Assembly: GCA_964019335.1 (NCBI GenBank)
Contig: OZ025711.1
Coordinates: 248,001 to 311,895, forward strand
Direction of reading: 5' to 3'
Origin: Diplonema japonicum
Lineage: Eukaryota; Protista; Euglenozoa: Diplonemea
DNA length: 63,895 nt
Made by a program: the position numbers and the translations under genes. This document shows, piece by piece, positions 21,301 through 31,101 of the stretch. The notes under the pieces are model-generated. The model did not search any database, was not told the origin of the DNA, and saw nothing but the letters and a program-made list of their open reading frames with translations. Numbering within the stretch: position 1 is the stretch's first letter; each line of letters opens with the position of its first letter.

Positions 21301-24300
21301 GGCCAGACGTGTAGGCACATGGAGTCAACCACCGAAGCTCTGCGCCAACTGCATGGGCCCCGCACTTTACAGCAGCAGTCTTGCCAGTCATAGCACCACC
21401 GCAGATCAGGACATTGCTTGCACCGTGCAGGGCGTCCACTAGACTCGAGACGCATGACATCCCGTTACCATGCTCCACGTAGCCCAGGGCCTCCATTATA
21501 CCAGAAATGCTCACTTGTTCCCCTACAAGTTCACCCGTTTCGAAGAACCTCCCAAGCAGCACCACAAAGTGTCGCTGGTCTGCCGCTGGGATGGCGTCGC
21601 AAATCTTGGTTTTGATGCACTGCTCCATCAAGATTGTGTCGGGCAATGCTGACTGCTTTCGCATAGCGCTTACCTTTTGAATGACACTGTTCATCCACTG
21701 TAAGCTAAACACGCCGTCCAGCCCACTAGTACTGGCGCACATTTTAGTCAACGAGCCAAGGGTGGTACCCAGTTCTTCTGCGTTCGGGAAGCCGCACGCA
21801 AACAACAGTGCTATGGCAACCATCACAAAATCAGGCACTGTGAGTGCTATGGGCCGCACGGACTCCTTGACGCTCTGCGGTAGGTTCGGTAAGTAGTCCT
21901 CGTTGACAGTCATCAGGCACGTAAAACCATGCGTCAGGGACGTCTTGACCCCCATGTATGTGATGTTCGGTTTTCCGGCTGCAATGGTGCTGCCCAGTTT
22001 TACAGCAAGTTGCACAACCACCGACAGCACTGAAGACTGCAAACCATGCAGATTGTCAAGAAGCATCCAGCCACCAGCCTGTGCCACCCCAAGCATAGTT
22101 TTCGCTAGTTGCTGGGAGGCTATCTCCTGCATGCATGTGACCACCACGACGTGCTTCCCGATGGCTTGTGCATAATCCAAGACCGATTCTGTCTTCCCTA
22201 CTCCCGACGCTCCATAAATACAGCTGAAAGAGTTTGCTCTGAAGTTGCAGGCCAAGAGCAGGGTAGTTTTCTCCAGTTGCGGTGTCAGGACCAGCCGTGT
22301 CCTGCACCCGTAGTACTCATTACCGTACGTGTCCCAGAACATGGCGTGGTGCACCTTGTGTTGCAGACCTTCTTGGTATCTCCTAAAACACTTCTGCCAG
22401 CTGAAGTCATGTAGCGAGGTAGGGGCCTCTTGCACTAGCCTCGTCAGGATTTCCGCACCGTGCATAGCTAGGGTCACAGTAGACGCTAAGCTCAGTTTCT
22501 GTGACAAGGTGTGCGAGTCATTGACGGCTGCACGCTGGGTGATGACAAGGTTGTCATGATGCTCAACCTCACATGCCTCAAGGTTGCCGTCAGTGATGCC
22601 TTGCTCCACGAGCTGCGTCCAGGAAATCTCATCTGCCACTTGAACGGCTTGGGCAATAAAGCTGAAGAGCCAGGCTGACCTCCTGTTGCCCCTTGAGTAC
22701 TGTGCCTTGTTGCAAGACTCTTTTACTGCAGCTGTCATCGCCGACTGAAGCAAGTCAACAGCACTGCCTGTTCCGATATTCACAGGTGTGCAAAATGTGA
22801 GTGTTTCACCATCTAAAGACTCCGCAGACACAAAATACTTATCTGTCTTGTTTATTACCTTGACGAAGGGAAAGACTTTGGAATAGTCAGGCTCGGAGCT
22901 CAGCAGCTGCAGCAAATCCGCGTTGGACAGCACCTGCAGCCGTGCATTTGCCTTTCTCTTTGAGTTCAGGAACTGGTCCAATCCATCCCTCGCTATGCCC
23001 AGCATGCTTGACGCCTCCTTCAAGCGTGTGCGCACCTTTGAGTCAGTCAGGACCTTAAGTGCAGGTTTCGACTCTAGCTGCTTGGTGGACAGTTCCTTGA
23101 GAACAACATCGACAGGGATCAGTTCCTTCACGTCTACAACAGGTGTGCTTGCGGCTGTCTGTAGCCCCAGCCTGCTTTCTTGCAATGAGAGCCACATCTG
23201 CAGGTTGTCCGTTGCCTTGCTGAGACGGTCAATCCACGAGGACACCACCTGGTGCAGGTTCTGAATGAACTCCGAGTTCATGAGGTTAGTGGCCTGCACC
23301 AAGCTGTCTTCCAACTTATTCATCACCTGGTCACCATTGCTAATGACAGGCACAGACCGGATCATGGAGGCTTGCATGCACGTGGACCCCCACTCTTCTT
23401 CAAGCTCCGTGATCAAATTTTCCACGCCAGCTTGTCCTGTAGCAAGCCGGGATTGCGTTTCCACCAATTGTGTGTAATGAGTGATGTTCCACGCAAACAG
23501 GCTAGCAATAGAGTAGCCTGTAGACGAAGAGTAAGTGTGCTGGATGGCGTCGAATAAGGGTTTCCAGTGTTCTGGTTTCATCTGTTTGTTGGTGAGACAC
23601 ATAATGAGTGGGAGATGCTTCATCGCGTCCTGTGCTATGTTCAAAATATGGTGTGTTATGTTGAGTCCTTGCTCGGCGTGCATCTTTTCAGCATTTTCGT
23701 TGAAAGCTATGACCTGTTTCTCGAATTCATCTCCGTCCACTTCGTTGATCGGCAAGTTGTAAAAGTGCTGGTGCGTCTCCTTCCAGTTCTGGAGGACGTT
23801 CCATGTCATTTTCCTCGATTCCAAAAGCATTCGTGTTGCCGTGTTTGTCGTCACCTGCCCGCACCCCACGCCCTCCTGGTACATCATAAGCTCTTCGATC
23901 TGTTTTTCTTTAATTGTGACTTGCTTGTCAAGATTCTCCAGATGTTCCAAGGCTACGTCGGGAGCTGTGCTGCTCGAAGTGAGAATAGTTTCACTTAGCT
24001 TGTCTTCGATGACAAGGAGCTCGTTCACTACAGTGTCCATCTGGTCTTTGATCTCCGCCATGATCGTTCGTATTTTGGATTGTTTAAACTCTCGGGTGCT
24101 GGACACCACTGTTTGCAGGGTTTCGATAACTGTCGGCGAGCTAACTAACGCGTCCCGTTGGCTGCGGTCCTCGATGGTGAGAGGGTAGCCCCGCTTGTCG
24201 ATCATTTCGAACAGCAGCTCTGCCTCTTCCTGTCTGGTGATGAAGTTGTTCATCTCAGCATCTACCTCGCGCAGTGAACGTGCCAACGCGGAAAAGACCG

Positions 24301-26443
24301 CCAGCTTTGTTGATGTTTCGCTGACAGAACGCTTCGCAGCAGCCACGTCCTTGAGGAGGGAACTCATCCGCAATCGCCACAGCCTGATGATCATGTCCTC
24401 AACAGTCTTCTCCCTCTCCAGCAGCTTGGGCATGATGTCATCCTTCGTAACGAACATGTTTACATGCACCGCACCAAACGACTTGCTGTACAGACCTGAC
24501 AGGTCCTTTAGTATCTGGGCCAGCCTGTTGAATATTTCCCTGAAGGAGCTTGGGCGTGCTGCATCGCTGCTCCACTCTTTTTCTGTGGATTCCCAACCGG
24601 ATGTCAGGAAGTAGTACCCAGACCGGATGCATGCGTACTTGCTGATAAAATGTGCTGCATGTGTGTACCCAGTGTCGATGGTCTGACGCATGGTGTCCAG
24701 CGAGGCCTGCACACGGAAGTCGTTGAAGCAGTCAAAGTGCATCGTGCTGCGCGTGACACGATACTGCGACAGAAGAGGGCTGTAGAAGTGCTTCGCCTCC
24801 TTGTTGGCCAGATCGCACAACCCTTTGATCGTGTCCAGCAACGATGCCTGCATGAGCGACTGGGGCGGTGCGAAGGTTGTCTCCTCTTCTTCATAGATCA
24901 TCTTCACGTGTAGGAGGATCAGAGGCTCCGTGGTCCCCGTCACAGCTTGGTTAATTACCTCCATCTGAGTCAAGATGAACTTGAACAGGCACTCTGCCAC
25001 GATGTAGTGCACGAGCCGCAGAAAGCTGTCGATGCGCTCTGCGTCTTCCATGCACCGCTTCATGTATGACATGCGCGACAGAGTGTTTATCTTCTCTTGT
25101 GCCATGGACCGTACCTTGAGGCGTGTCCGTACAACGGGCACTGCAGGGATGGCCTGCAGCTCCTCAACATCCGCCTTTGCACTAAGGCAGCTGTAGTATG
25201 AACCTTGGATGGAGAGCCGCATCCCATTCGACAGCGAGCTGATCTGCACGTTGTGCTTTGTCGATATCTCCTTCGTGTGCCGTGTGTCGATAGGCTTCGG
25301 CAAGTCGATGGTGACGGCGGAAGCGGGGCCCTTCTCCTCCATCTGGCATTTCACGTACTGCTTGATGACCTCCATGCTCGCTGCATCGGGTACGTCGGCA
25401 CGTGTCTTGATCCCTTCGCAGCATTCACTAAGCGTGCTTTGTATCTGCTGCAGGGTGTTCGCAATCTCGTTGGCCACATTCTCCTTCTTTGCCATCTGCG
25501 CTGCTTTGAAGTTCCCGAGCGCAACGTCCAGCTCTGTCCCCGATATGGACTCCTTCCTAGACAGCAGGGCAATGCCTTCCGCCATTTGCAGTTGGTACGC
25601 CAGCTCGTGCACAACACTGAGGACAGGCGCGAAGACGCTTTTCGAGACAAGCAGGTGTCTGGCAAGCTTCGCTCTGGTCATCTTGTACAGCAGGCGCTTC
25701 ACGTTGCGGCGCCACCTGGTGAGTGCCTTGCGGATGAGGTAGTATTTGAAGAAGCGGACCTTTCTGAGAACAGAGTACATAGACGCCTGGCGGACCCACT
25801 GCGAGAGGAGCATGACCTCAGCAGGCTTGTCGGGGATGACGTGCACGACGCCTGTGTGACTGAAGATGTAGTACTCCTCGTTGGGCTGGTTCACAGGTGT
25901 CACGAGGAGGTCATATGGAGCGTACCTGGCTGTGACGGGGGCCAGATGCACAAACTTGACATTCGTATCATGGTTGGGGTCAGCGAAGAAGGAGATAACG
26001 TCTGAAGAGGTACTGAGCAAGGACCTTGCCCGCGACCCGTCCTGGGCCGCCTTGGTCACCTCGCCCAAGGGGAGGCAAGACGAGACTGTGTTTGCGTGGT
26101 CCCTCTTGTGGAGGTAGCCAGGGTCGAAGGTGTCGACAAACGCCTCATCGTCGCCCAGCACGTACTTCAGCAGGCAGCTTTCCTTGCTTCTCTTGTTCCC
26201 CGTCAAGGGAATCACAAGTCTCTGCGGCGGCGTCGGCAGCATCATCTCCGCTTCCCTGGCCTCTTTCTTGCTGTAGCAGTACAACGGTGCCGCCCGCCCG
26301 CCATCTTTGAACAGCTCCTCGACACACTGCGGCTCACAAGCCCCCTGTGCCTCGCAAGGGGCAGTGTGTATGGTGACAGGCTTGTTGCTGAAGCGGGTGA
26401 AGGAGGTCACCCTGGGGGCAGCAGGGGGGCGGGGCCCATCCAT
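15314..26443 (-). CDS. Divergent dynein heavy chain-like protein (DNHD1-like), 3709 aa, intronless
   Basis: Linker region; YGNEYYGCRTRLVLTP; four P-loops (GASGVGKT, GGAMTGKT, GKGACGKS, GHSGSGRK); stalk/MTBD (LCQWVRAV); PLLVDPHG; C-terminal GPPPAYWLSAF and DGFYIYGLSL. Confidence 0.92.
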   Translation of the reverse strand: MDGPRPPAAPRVTSFTRFSNKPVTIHTAPCEAQGACEPQCVEELFKDGGRAAPLYCYSKKEAREAEMMLPTPPQRLVIPLTGNKRSKESCLLKYVLGDDEAFVDTFDPGYLHKRDHANTVSSCLPLGEVTKAAQDGSRARSLLSTSSDVISFFADPNHDTNVKFVHLAPVTARYAPYDLLVTPVNQPNEEYYIFSHTGVVHVIPDKPAEVMLLSQWVRQASMYSVLRKVRFFKYYLIRKALTRWRRNVKRLLYKMTRAKLARHLLVSKSVFAPVLSVVHELAYQLQMAEGIALLSRKESISGTELDVALGNFKAAQMAKKENVANEIANTLQQIQSTLSECCEGIKTRADVPDAASMEVIKQYVKCQMEEKGPASAVTIDLPKPIDTRHTKEISTKHNVQISSLSNGMRLSIQGSYYSCLSAKADVEELQAIPAVPVVRTRLKVRSMAQEKINTLSRMSYMKRCMEDAERIDSFLRLVHYIVAECLFKFILTQMEVINQAVTGTTEPLILLHVKMIYEEEETTFAPPQSLMQASLLDTIKGLCDLANKEAKHFYSPLLSQYRVTRSTMHFDCFNDFRVQASLDTMRQTIDTGYTHAAHFISKYACIRSGYYFLTSGWESTEKEWSSDAARPSSFREIFNRLAQILKDLSGLYSKSFGAVHVNMFVTKDDIMPKLLEREKTVEDMIIRLWRLRMSSLLKDVAAAKRSVSETSTKLAVFSALARSLREVDAEMNNFITRQEEAELLFEMIDKRGYPLTIEDRSQRDALVSSPTVIETLQTVVSSTREFKQSKIRTIMAEIKDQMDTVVNELLVIEDKLSETILTSSSTAPDVALEHLENLDKQVTIKEKQIEELMMYQEGVGCGQVTTNTATRMLLESRKMTWNVLQNWKETHQHFYNLPINEVDGDEFEKQVIAFNENAEKMHAEQGLNITHHILNIAQDAMKHLPLIMCLTNKQMKPEHWKPLFDAIQHTYSSSTGYSIASLFAWNITHYTQLVETQSRLATGQAGVENLITELEEEWGSTCMQASMIRSVPVISNGDQVMNKLEDSLVQATNLMNSEFIQNLHQVVSSWIDRLSKATDNLQMWLSLQESRLGLQTAASTPVVDVKELIPVDVVLKELSTKQLESKPALKVLTDSKVRTRLKEASSMLGIARDGLDQFLNSKRKANARLQVLSNADLLQLLSSEPDYSKVFPFVKVINKTDKYFVSAESLDGETLTFCTPVNIGTGSAVDLLQSAMTAAVKESCNKAQYSRGNRRSAWLFSFIAQAVQVADEISWTQLVEQGITDGNLEACEVEHHDNLVITQRAAVNDSHTLSQKLSLASTVTLAMHGAEILTRLVQEAPTSLHDFSWQKCFRRYQEGLQHKVHHAMFWDTYGNEYYGCRTRLVLTPQLEKTTLLLACNFRANSFSCIYGASGVGKTESVLDYAQAIGKHVVVVTCMQEIASQQLAKTMLGVAQAGGWMLLDNLHGLQSSVLSVVVQLAVKLGSTIAAGKPNITYMGVKTSLTHGFTCLMTVNEDYLPNLPQSVKESVRPIALTVPDFVMVAIALLFACGFPNAEELGTTLGSLTKMCASTSGLDGVFSLQWMNSVIQKVSAMRKQSALPDTILMEQCIKTKICDAIPAADQRHFVVLLGRFFETGELVGEQVSISGIMEALGYVEHGNGMSCVSSLVDALHGASNVLICGGAMTGKTAAVKCGAHAVGAELRWLTPCAYTSGQLYGAYDAQHGWLPGIVPAVVQSSTVPTIIVFDSPMGPWFDTTSCLLNRDRSMRLADNDVMKIPPDVQLLLETDSLSSLTPAVVSKLVLVYLGEEQLDCKLVVIKYFKSVMYTGWVDPSRCEAALLKWVGTYYVSCSATTAMFRLFDALVQTHQPATTDTYIMLLVHACIWSIGDQEATRHENLDELCKALMIKPPGNYFAVEPNIETQEWVPWSVKEASTPLPFIQDDATCAAVKLSATMADAGHSVILSGKGACGKSATLHQVTSLVSGTYQRLSVLSHETLVPGKAVTFCIDDLHLPTSPMCSEWLRQLVCHKKYYNQSTAFDTKTAVIATARADKLSKIAARLFHNCLVLKLPVSTNRQKVILKALLEGKMQEVPSHERLVSGIDGCVAVGIGMLEAVDMCFSEEVKGRYAFSFSTVVQAVAGLGLNTTSLVKLDDLYSLWNHEMHRTFEDRLTTEEDREWCHGTLMQLFESHCHKHPPLLHYGIDSIVEIEHGANPFESCAPNESLNTESIALCLRIARVLSMPGGALLLQGHSGSGRKMSLSVAAAYVQARLIHTPTVKGLCDAVSLAACEWQKSSLVIDLDSMSDLSEGNPVYEVVFMTLSLIGGNLPQSLFTPSFTTDLARLNSVHKSNKAVGLMETVREGCLSNLHLVVLCSPPVMNTVRKMMLPVVNTASHCYISHKGHDTLVDIAMVTLKENNPSKDKEELRVIARYAAQVHMGAVFVATEYNHDIVYSMTHITKLVESITQDEEDTLREKIEKRLRSVVQIEEMIELKKQRMQELSDLLPSLEGLADKNDNFSRMVQRDTQATTEAALRVSEQEERLNELQDGVVSAGDSIQQMLGKCTPAVTVALENIKSITKKDIDELLIIKSPLPKVAMVMESVLHVLELKPSWDTAKRLLADRIYDKLANYNIEANFEHVIAKCKSVINSSDFQPAVIRILNPVSAHLCQWVRAVHNVAEVYHRLIPKQQAFDKMKTAVEELQTSLLKSKQEHSALETAMTNLNADHKNTTKEYLNAQDKRLKAECVVERASVFTDAVSDRLEMWREEAMVMQQRVKDIKEGLLDMAATIYAPPLDRKGRVQLFRKLRENLALPTDDSWEWIPRTPNSEERQVWETNSLPSDIHSFQSASFMMASKLPPLLVDPHGCALLWVQNTHHDAIICKPINVDTINEAVRSGSVLIIEGVEEFTSQILSLLRDSETAAKGFKLLLTSLTPLYHPLVNTIDFSAHEGLGSCLTFGTTLLRDPQLAADLVQTLANISSQNAIKETLLEELLEIISGIEGSATDHPTLAVEIRTNKVAMDLADHDKKEGMNILKRLLLLREQYVPSAEVVSVLSEICEWCAEHGVRSPMFFSMEQFLILGGDKPDMLPLFCAGLSRMKRAAFVLQHSMRGAVQECTLSAEEMRFIQRPVVSKNLDKALDAINRALPASRVPEIVRICDQHFNTIEEAGSWVMESSPLEGFQKLLIMSALSPSLLYGAVEQLYPIVRANPIPTVLTHALPKVPIIVPADVDGIHPTRMIQKLGMQANQLEGLSIAVASEQHKEIYQKLQCAMHLGTWFLLLDCEHAPDLLTALLNELLQSDVDNGFLMWIHAPLTIIPPSFVAASLKCAFDKPTTVQGSLVSSFETRPLTDSRELQSATNKLCMVHSLLSGLASIKEWGSSHLHMAFDTLVLMSPTINDYVSIMSSVFSSTETFPWLVERIARTIVAVDSREPVEDTAEDMLQGLVPLVSFVQPSDNRSVVSHNAHDTPILEIQKMHPDTSLPLEAATHTLPHPMLKCLLSEVAAYNKLTSLVLADFKCPDSVTREHFEHGRVPEEWVKRSYPTELALGAWLLDLKYKLRWFHEWVHQGPPPAYWLSAFMRPKEFLTTVVLIASLEKDLCVQRVEMSLLVLEETEGENIDGYPDDGFYIYGLSLASGRWEGGAVVADSEAYAPFPAVHLRPGIAQFVRSYNSPVFRTASYQGAVDYTLPLPCANSSDALACGVCLVLT

Positions 26444-26545
26444 GCCTGTTTATAAAAGGGTTGACAAGAGAAGAAGCTAGAGCTAGATGGGTTTCAATAA
26501 TACAGTTACACAAATAAAAGTAAAAAAGAAAAAGAAAAAAAAAAA

Positions 26546-26902
26546 CTAAGGGCTGGGACTGGGACTGGGGCTGGGGCTGGGCTGGATAAGATCTGTCCCA
26601 GCACCCCGCTCGAACTCCCTCACGAACTCCCTCCAGTACCGTGTGGGACGCTTCTTCCGTTTTCCAGGAGAAGGGGAAGGAGAGGAGTGCGAAGGATGGT
26701 GCATCCCATCTTCATATGGAACAGGTACCCTTCCCTCAATGGAGTACTTCCGAGGCGCTACCGGTGGTGGTGGTGGGAATGACGCAGCATTCCCATGTTC
26801 GATTGTCTGCACACCACCTATGCTCACTCTTCTATTTTCCGGAACTGGGCTCGGTGACTTCGCCCTCCTCAGAGGGGAGAATCTTCTATCCTCTCGGATC
26901 AT
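26546..26902 (-). CDS. Small Ser/Pro/Arg-rich hypothetical protein (118 aa)
   Basis: Island of coding-like composition between homopolymer tracts. ATG lies shortly after AACAG; the protein ends in (SP)n. Confidence 0.55.
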   Translation of the reverse strand: MIREDRRFSPLRRAKSPSPVPENRRVSIGGVQTIEHGNAASFPPPPPVAPRKYSIEGRVPVPYEDGMHHPSHSSPSPSPGKRKKRPTRYWREFVREFERGAGTDLIQPSPSPSPSPSP

Positions 26903-27812
26903 AGATTTTGTACTGCATCCTGTTGGGGGTGTTCTTTTTTTTTTCTTTTGCTATGTAACTTGGACTTTGTTTCTTTTCCAGAAGACGACTCGCCCCCCCC
27001 CCCCCCCCCCGAGACGAGAAGAAGAAAAATAAAACACGCAAAAAAAAAAAATGGGGGAAATAATACTCAGTGGGAAGGAGAAGGCAGAGACGAAGCGGGA
27101 GTAAGAAATGAGACAAGAGAAAATTATATAGGGAAAAAAAAAGGGAAATAATAACCTTCCACCCCCCCCCCCCCCTCTCTTCTAATAAAAAGGGTGTGCA
27201 CGTGTTGAGAACGGGGGGATTCTGAGATGTACTCATTGTAAGTTTCTTTTTTTTTTTCTTTTGTTTTTTTCTTTTCTCATGAAAGAAAAAAAATCCTCCC
27301 CTCTGGGTTCCCGGAGGAGGAGGGCTAGCACTCTCCTTATGTCAGATAAGTCTTTTACTTTATAGCTTATTTTTCTTTTTTTTTTGAGAACGGGGGGACG
27401 CACACCAAAAGAAAAAAGCGAAAACAAAAAAAAAAAAAAAAACAAAAAACAATAAATAAAATAAGAAAAGAAAGAAGAAAGGCCTCTCTGTTGCATGCGC
27501 GAGTATAATACAGGTTTCACAATTATGTTTTCAAAAGAAAAAAAAAATACTGTTCCCGCCTTCTTCTGTCTACCTTCTCCCTCTCAAGAGGACTCCGAAA
27601 AGTGTTTTCTTTTTTTTTTCTTTTTCCAGAAGTATCGTAAGGGCATATGGGGGGTAAACTGCAGAGTGTTTGCAGAGTGTTGAATAATCGAAAAGCAGGA
27701 AAAACCTGGAAGGGGGCTCAAATATTTCTTTAAAAAAGAGAGAAAAAAACCAAACAACATTGCTGCTTCTTTCCAAGAGCAAAAGAAATGAAGGGAAACA
27801 AACAAAAAAAAC

Positions 27813-30143
27813 TCAATTTTGATTCAAATTCACCTGATCATCAGAGTACACGAGCTGAATAATAAGCGCCCCCATTTCTTTCTGCGAATCCCCGAGAAGC
27901 ACTTCAACCGACTGCAACACCTTATTTTATTTTATTTTTTACCAAAAAGATTATTCTTATTCTTTGCGTACCTTTTCATTAACCTTCGATTCTGAAATTA
28001 ATTTGTAAGCTTTCAAGAACAGTTCTGTCCCCAGCTGAGCATCGATGAAATGTCTCAAGACCTCTGCCCGTTGGCTCAAGGGTGCTGTTGGTGCGACATC
28101 TAAACGCAGCGTGGCCCCAGCAAGGGTAAACTTCGGTGGATCCGCAACCTTTGAAGGCGCCAGCGCAGGAGGGCAATCTACTTCTTCACCAAAGTCCTCC
28201 TCCACCCCAGGCTTCTTGGTAAGAGCTTTATCAATATCATCAATCATCTCTTTGTACTCTTCCATTCGTCTGTTCTTGTCATTCTCCGAATCTGGTTCGT
28301 CAGAGGAATCTGTGTCCGGTGTGTCTGCTGTGTCGTCCTCTGTGGGGACAAATTGGCTTTGACCGGCCATTTCTTCCTCGACTTGAATGTTTCCCTCAGT
28401 GGCCCGTCGGCCGTGCATGATGGGCGGTACTTTGCCTTCATCGCTGCTTCCTACCTTTGCAACGATGTGGGAAGGCGAGACTGCTTCTGATGATGGTCTC
28501 GACCCGTCGCTCAGGTACTTGTCGTCTTTGGACGGCATGTCGTTGAGAAGTAGGTTGTTCACCGCCATCCGCTTCTCCTTCTGCACCTGTTCGTACTGCC
28601 GTTCCCTCTCCTTTTCCTTTTCCGCGCCTGCGTTCTTCGGTGACGCCTGTCCTTTCCTCCTTCCGTACTGTGGTTCCAAGTCAAGGTTCGGTAACGCCAT
28701 GGCCTGCCCTCTAGCCCCTGGACGCGGAGACGCTTGTGCCTTCTTGTTGTCCTGCCATCCTTCGGGGAGGAGGTCGTTCCCCTTGTTGGGGGACGTTGGT
28801 GCCGACACCCTCCTCCTGTGTCCCGGGTTCCCTCTCGCGTTCTTCGGGTTCAGCTCGTCCTGCCGTGTGGGCACGATGCCCTTCTTTATTTGTTCGTTGT
28901 GGTGCCACCTCGCAATGTCCTTTGCCTTCTCCGCCATCTGCGCTTCCAGTTTCTGTATTTTTATTTTTTTTTATATTTCGCACGGTACCTTTTCACGCTC
29001 GCGCTTCAAGGCATTGGGGTGCACATCGTTTCTCTTGCCCTTCACGAGGTCCACGTCGTTGGCCTTAGGCGACAGGCGGTTGGGTGCCATCTGCCCCCTG
29101 GCGGGGTGGCGCACATTCACTTCGGAGGGCCTCGGCCGTTGACCTGCACGAACTTGCTGTTGCTGTTTCTCGACCTGCGGCTGCGGCTGGGGGTGGACCA
29201 GGGCGTTCTTGTTCAGAAGCTCTTGGAAGTTGGGGAGCTTGTCCCGCTTCAGGGTAGCCATCCCTAGGCCGGCCTGCAGCTTTTCAAGGGCTGTTGTTAA
29301 ATTCTTTTCTTTTTTTTTCTTGCAAAATGTCAACATACCCTGCCGCATGATGGGCGTGGCGAGGACCTGGCCCACGTTGGGGCGCACCTTGTCGTTCTTA
29401 GCGAGCATGTTGGTGACAAGATCACGGAGTTCCCTGTCGTAGGCGGCAGAGATGGCGGCGGGGTTGCTTTTGATAATACGTTGCATGAGCTGCTTCATGT
29501 TAGTACCGTCGAAGGGGTGCCGCAGGGTCAGCAGCTCATACAGCACACACCCTATGGCCCACACATCTGACTTGTTGTTATAAGGCCGTGACTGGCACAG
29601 CTCGGGTGAGAAGTAGTAAGGGGTCCCGCAGACGGTACGCGCAAGGGCGAAGGTGTTCCTCAGAATGGTGGAGATCCCGAAATCACCGATTTTAACAACG
29701 TTGTTGGCTGTCAGAAATATATTTGCGCATTTAATGTCACGGTGAAGGATTTTCTTGTCGTGGAGGTACCTCATTGCCATGCATATTTGTGCGAAGTAGT
29801 GTAATGCTTGGTCTTGTGGGAGGCCTTTTCCAGACCCTGCGGTGCGGGCTCTTTCTTTGTGCTTCTTCAGCATGCCGTCCATGTCGCCTTTCTCTGCGTA
29901 CTCCATTACTATGTACAGGACTTGTCGCTGTTCGAAGTGCTCGATGTATTGGATAATGTTTGGGTGGCGGAGTCGAGACAGTAGTTCGCACTCTGCCCTC
30001 GCTTCCTTCCTCTCCTCTAGTTTCAATCCTTGAAGTTTGACCTCCTTCATGACCAGCAAGGCGCCATCGGATTTTCTCTTCACCACTACAGCTTGGCCGT
30101 AGCTGCCTTTTCCTATTACCTTTTGTTTTATGTATTTCTCCAT
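27813..30143 (-). CDS. NEK1: NEK1-like (NIMA-related) Ser/Thr kinase, 731 aa; exons 30143-29339, 29290-28989, 28952-27972, 27920-27813
   Basis: IGKGSYG, VMKEV, HRDIKCANIF, DFG, CGTPYYFSPE, PYNNKSDVWA. Splicing three GT-AG introns joins two track ORFs and restores a NEK1-type C-terminal domain (LGTELFLKAYKLI...VEVLLG...LIIQLVYSD). The third acceptor could alternatively be the in-frame CAG 9 nt downstream. Confidence 0.88.
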
Positions 30144-30338
30144 TTTATTTTTTCTTCTCTTTTTTTTTTTTTTTTTTTGTTTCCCCGTGGAATTTGGAAA
30201 CACGTTTCCTCTTCCCTTCTCCTCCCGCCGCCTTTTTTTTTTTTTCTTTTGTTGAAAAAAAAAACTTAATGGGGTAAGGAGGGGGGGGGGTAAAAAAAAG
30301 GAGAATTTCAGAAAAAAGAAAAAAAAAAAGAAAGAAAA

Positions 30339-30509
30339 TTAAAAATACCAGGTAACTACCGTCTTTAATAATTTCGCTAAGTTGAGCACTGTGACTATGA
30401 GGGAGAGCACCAGGATCCACCAGCTGTCATCGTCCCATTGTTCGTCCAGAATAGCATAGAACTTCTCCAGCAAGGGGTTCCGTGGGGATTCGCTTATATC
30501 ACACTTCAT
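30339..30509 (-). CDS. 56-aa putative single-pass membrane microprotein
   Basis: MKCDISESPRNPLLEKFYAILDEQWDDDSWWILVLSLIVTVLNLAKLLKTVVTWYF*. It fills a non-homopolymer island, follows TAG|GACGTG and is below the ORF-track length cutoff. Confidence 0.5.
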   Translation of the reverse strand: MKCDISESPRNPLLEKFYAILDEQWDDDSWWILVLSLIVTVLNLAKLLKTVVTWYF

Positions 30510-30549
30510 CACGTCCTAAGGGCACACATTTGGCTCTTTTCTTTTTTAT

Positions 30550-30589
<40 letters not shown>

Positions 30590-31069
30590 ATGCTTAAAAA
30601 ATTGAACTGAATGGGGGGGGGGGGAGAAAAAAAAAAGAAAAATGGGGGAAATGGGGGACGAGGGAAGTTGTGAAGTTGGTGGTGGTGGTGGGGTAAATCT
30701 TCGTTCAGGCACTTTTTTTTTTTTTTTTAAATCCTGGCTTCTCTCTTTTCTTTTTTTTTTTTTTTTTTTCCCTTTCCATGCTCCACCATACCCTCTTTCC
30801 CTCCCTTCCCATTCCTCCTTCCACTGGGAAAAAAAAGGGGGGGGGGGGGCGGATAATAATGAAAATGGAAGGAAAAATGGAAGAAGGGGAAAACAGGAAA
30901 AGAGAGAAGGGAGAGGGTGGAAGGGAAAGGTGTGCAGTGTTTCTGGAAAAAAAAAAGAGAGAATACAGGATTAAAGATTTGTCTGAGGGTTACGCGGCAC
31001 AACAGATACCCCGGGGGGAAAAAAGTCCTTTTTAAATATCGAGGCGGGTCATGAGGGAGGAAAAGGAAG

Positions 31070-31101
<32 letters not shown>

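Noticed and set aside
27957-28937. Independent 326-aa gene
   Set aside because: It is exon 3 of the NEK1-like kinase.
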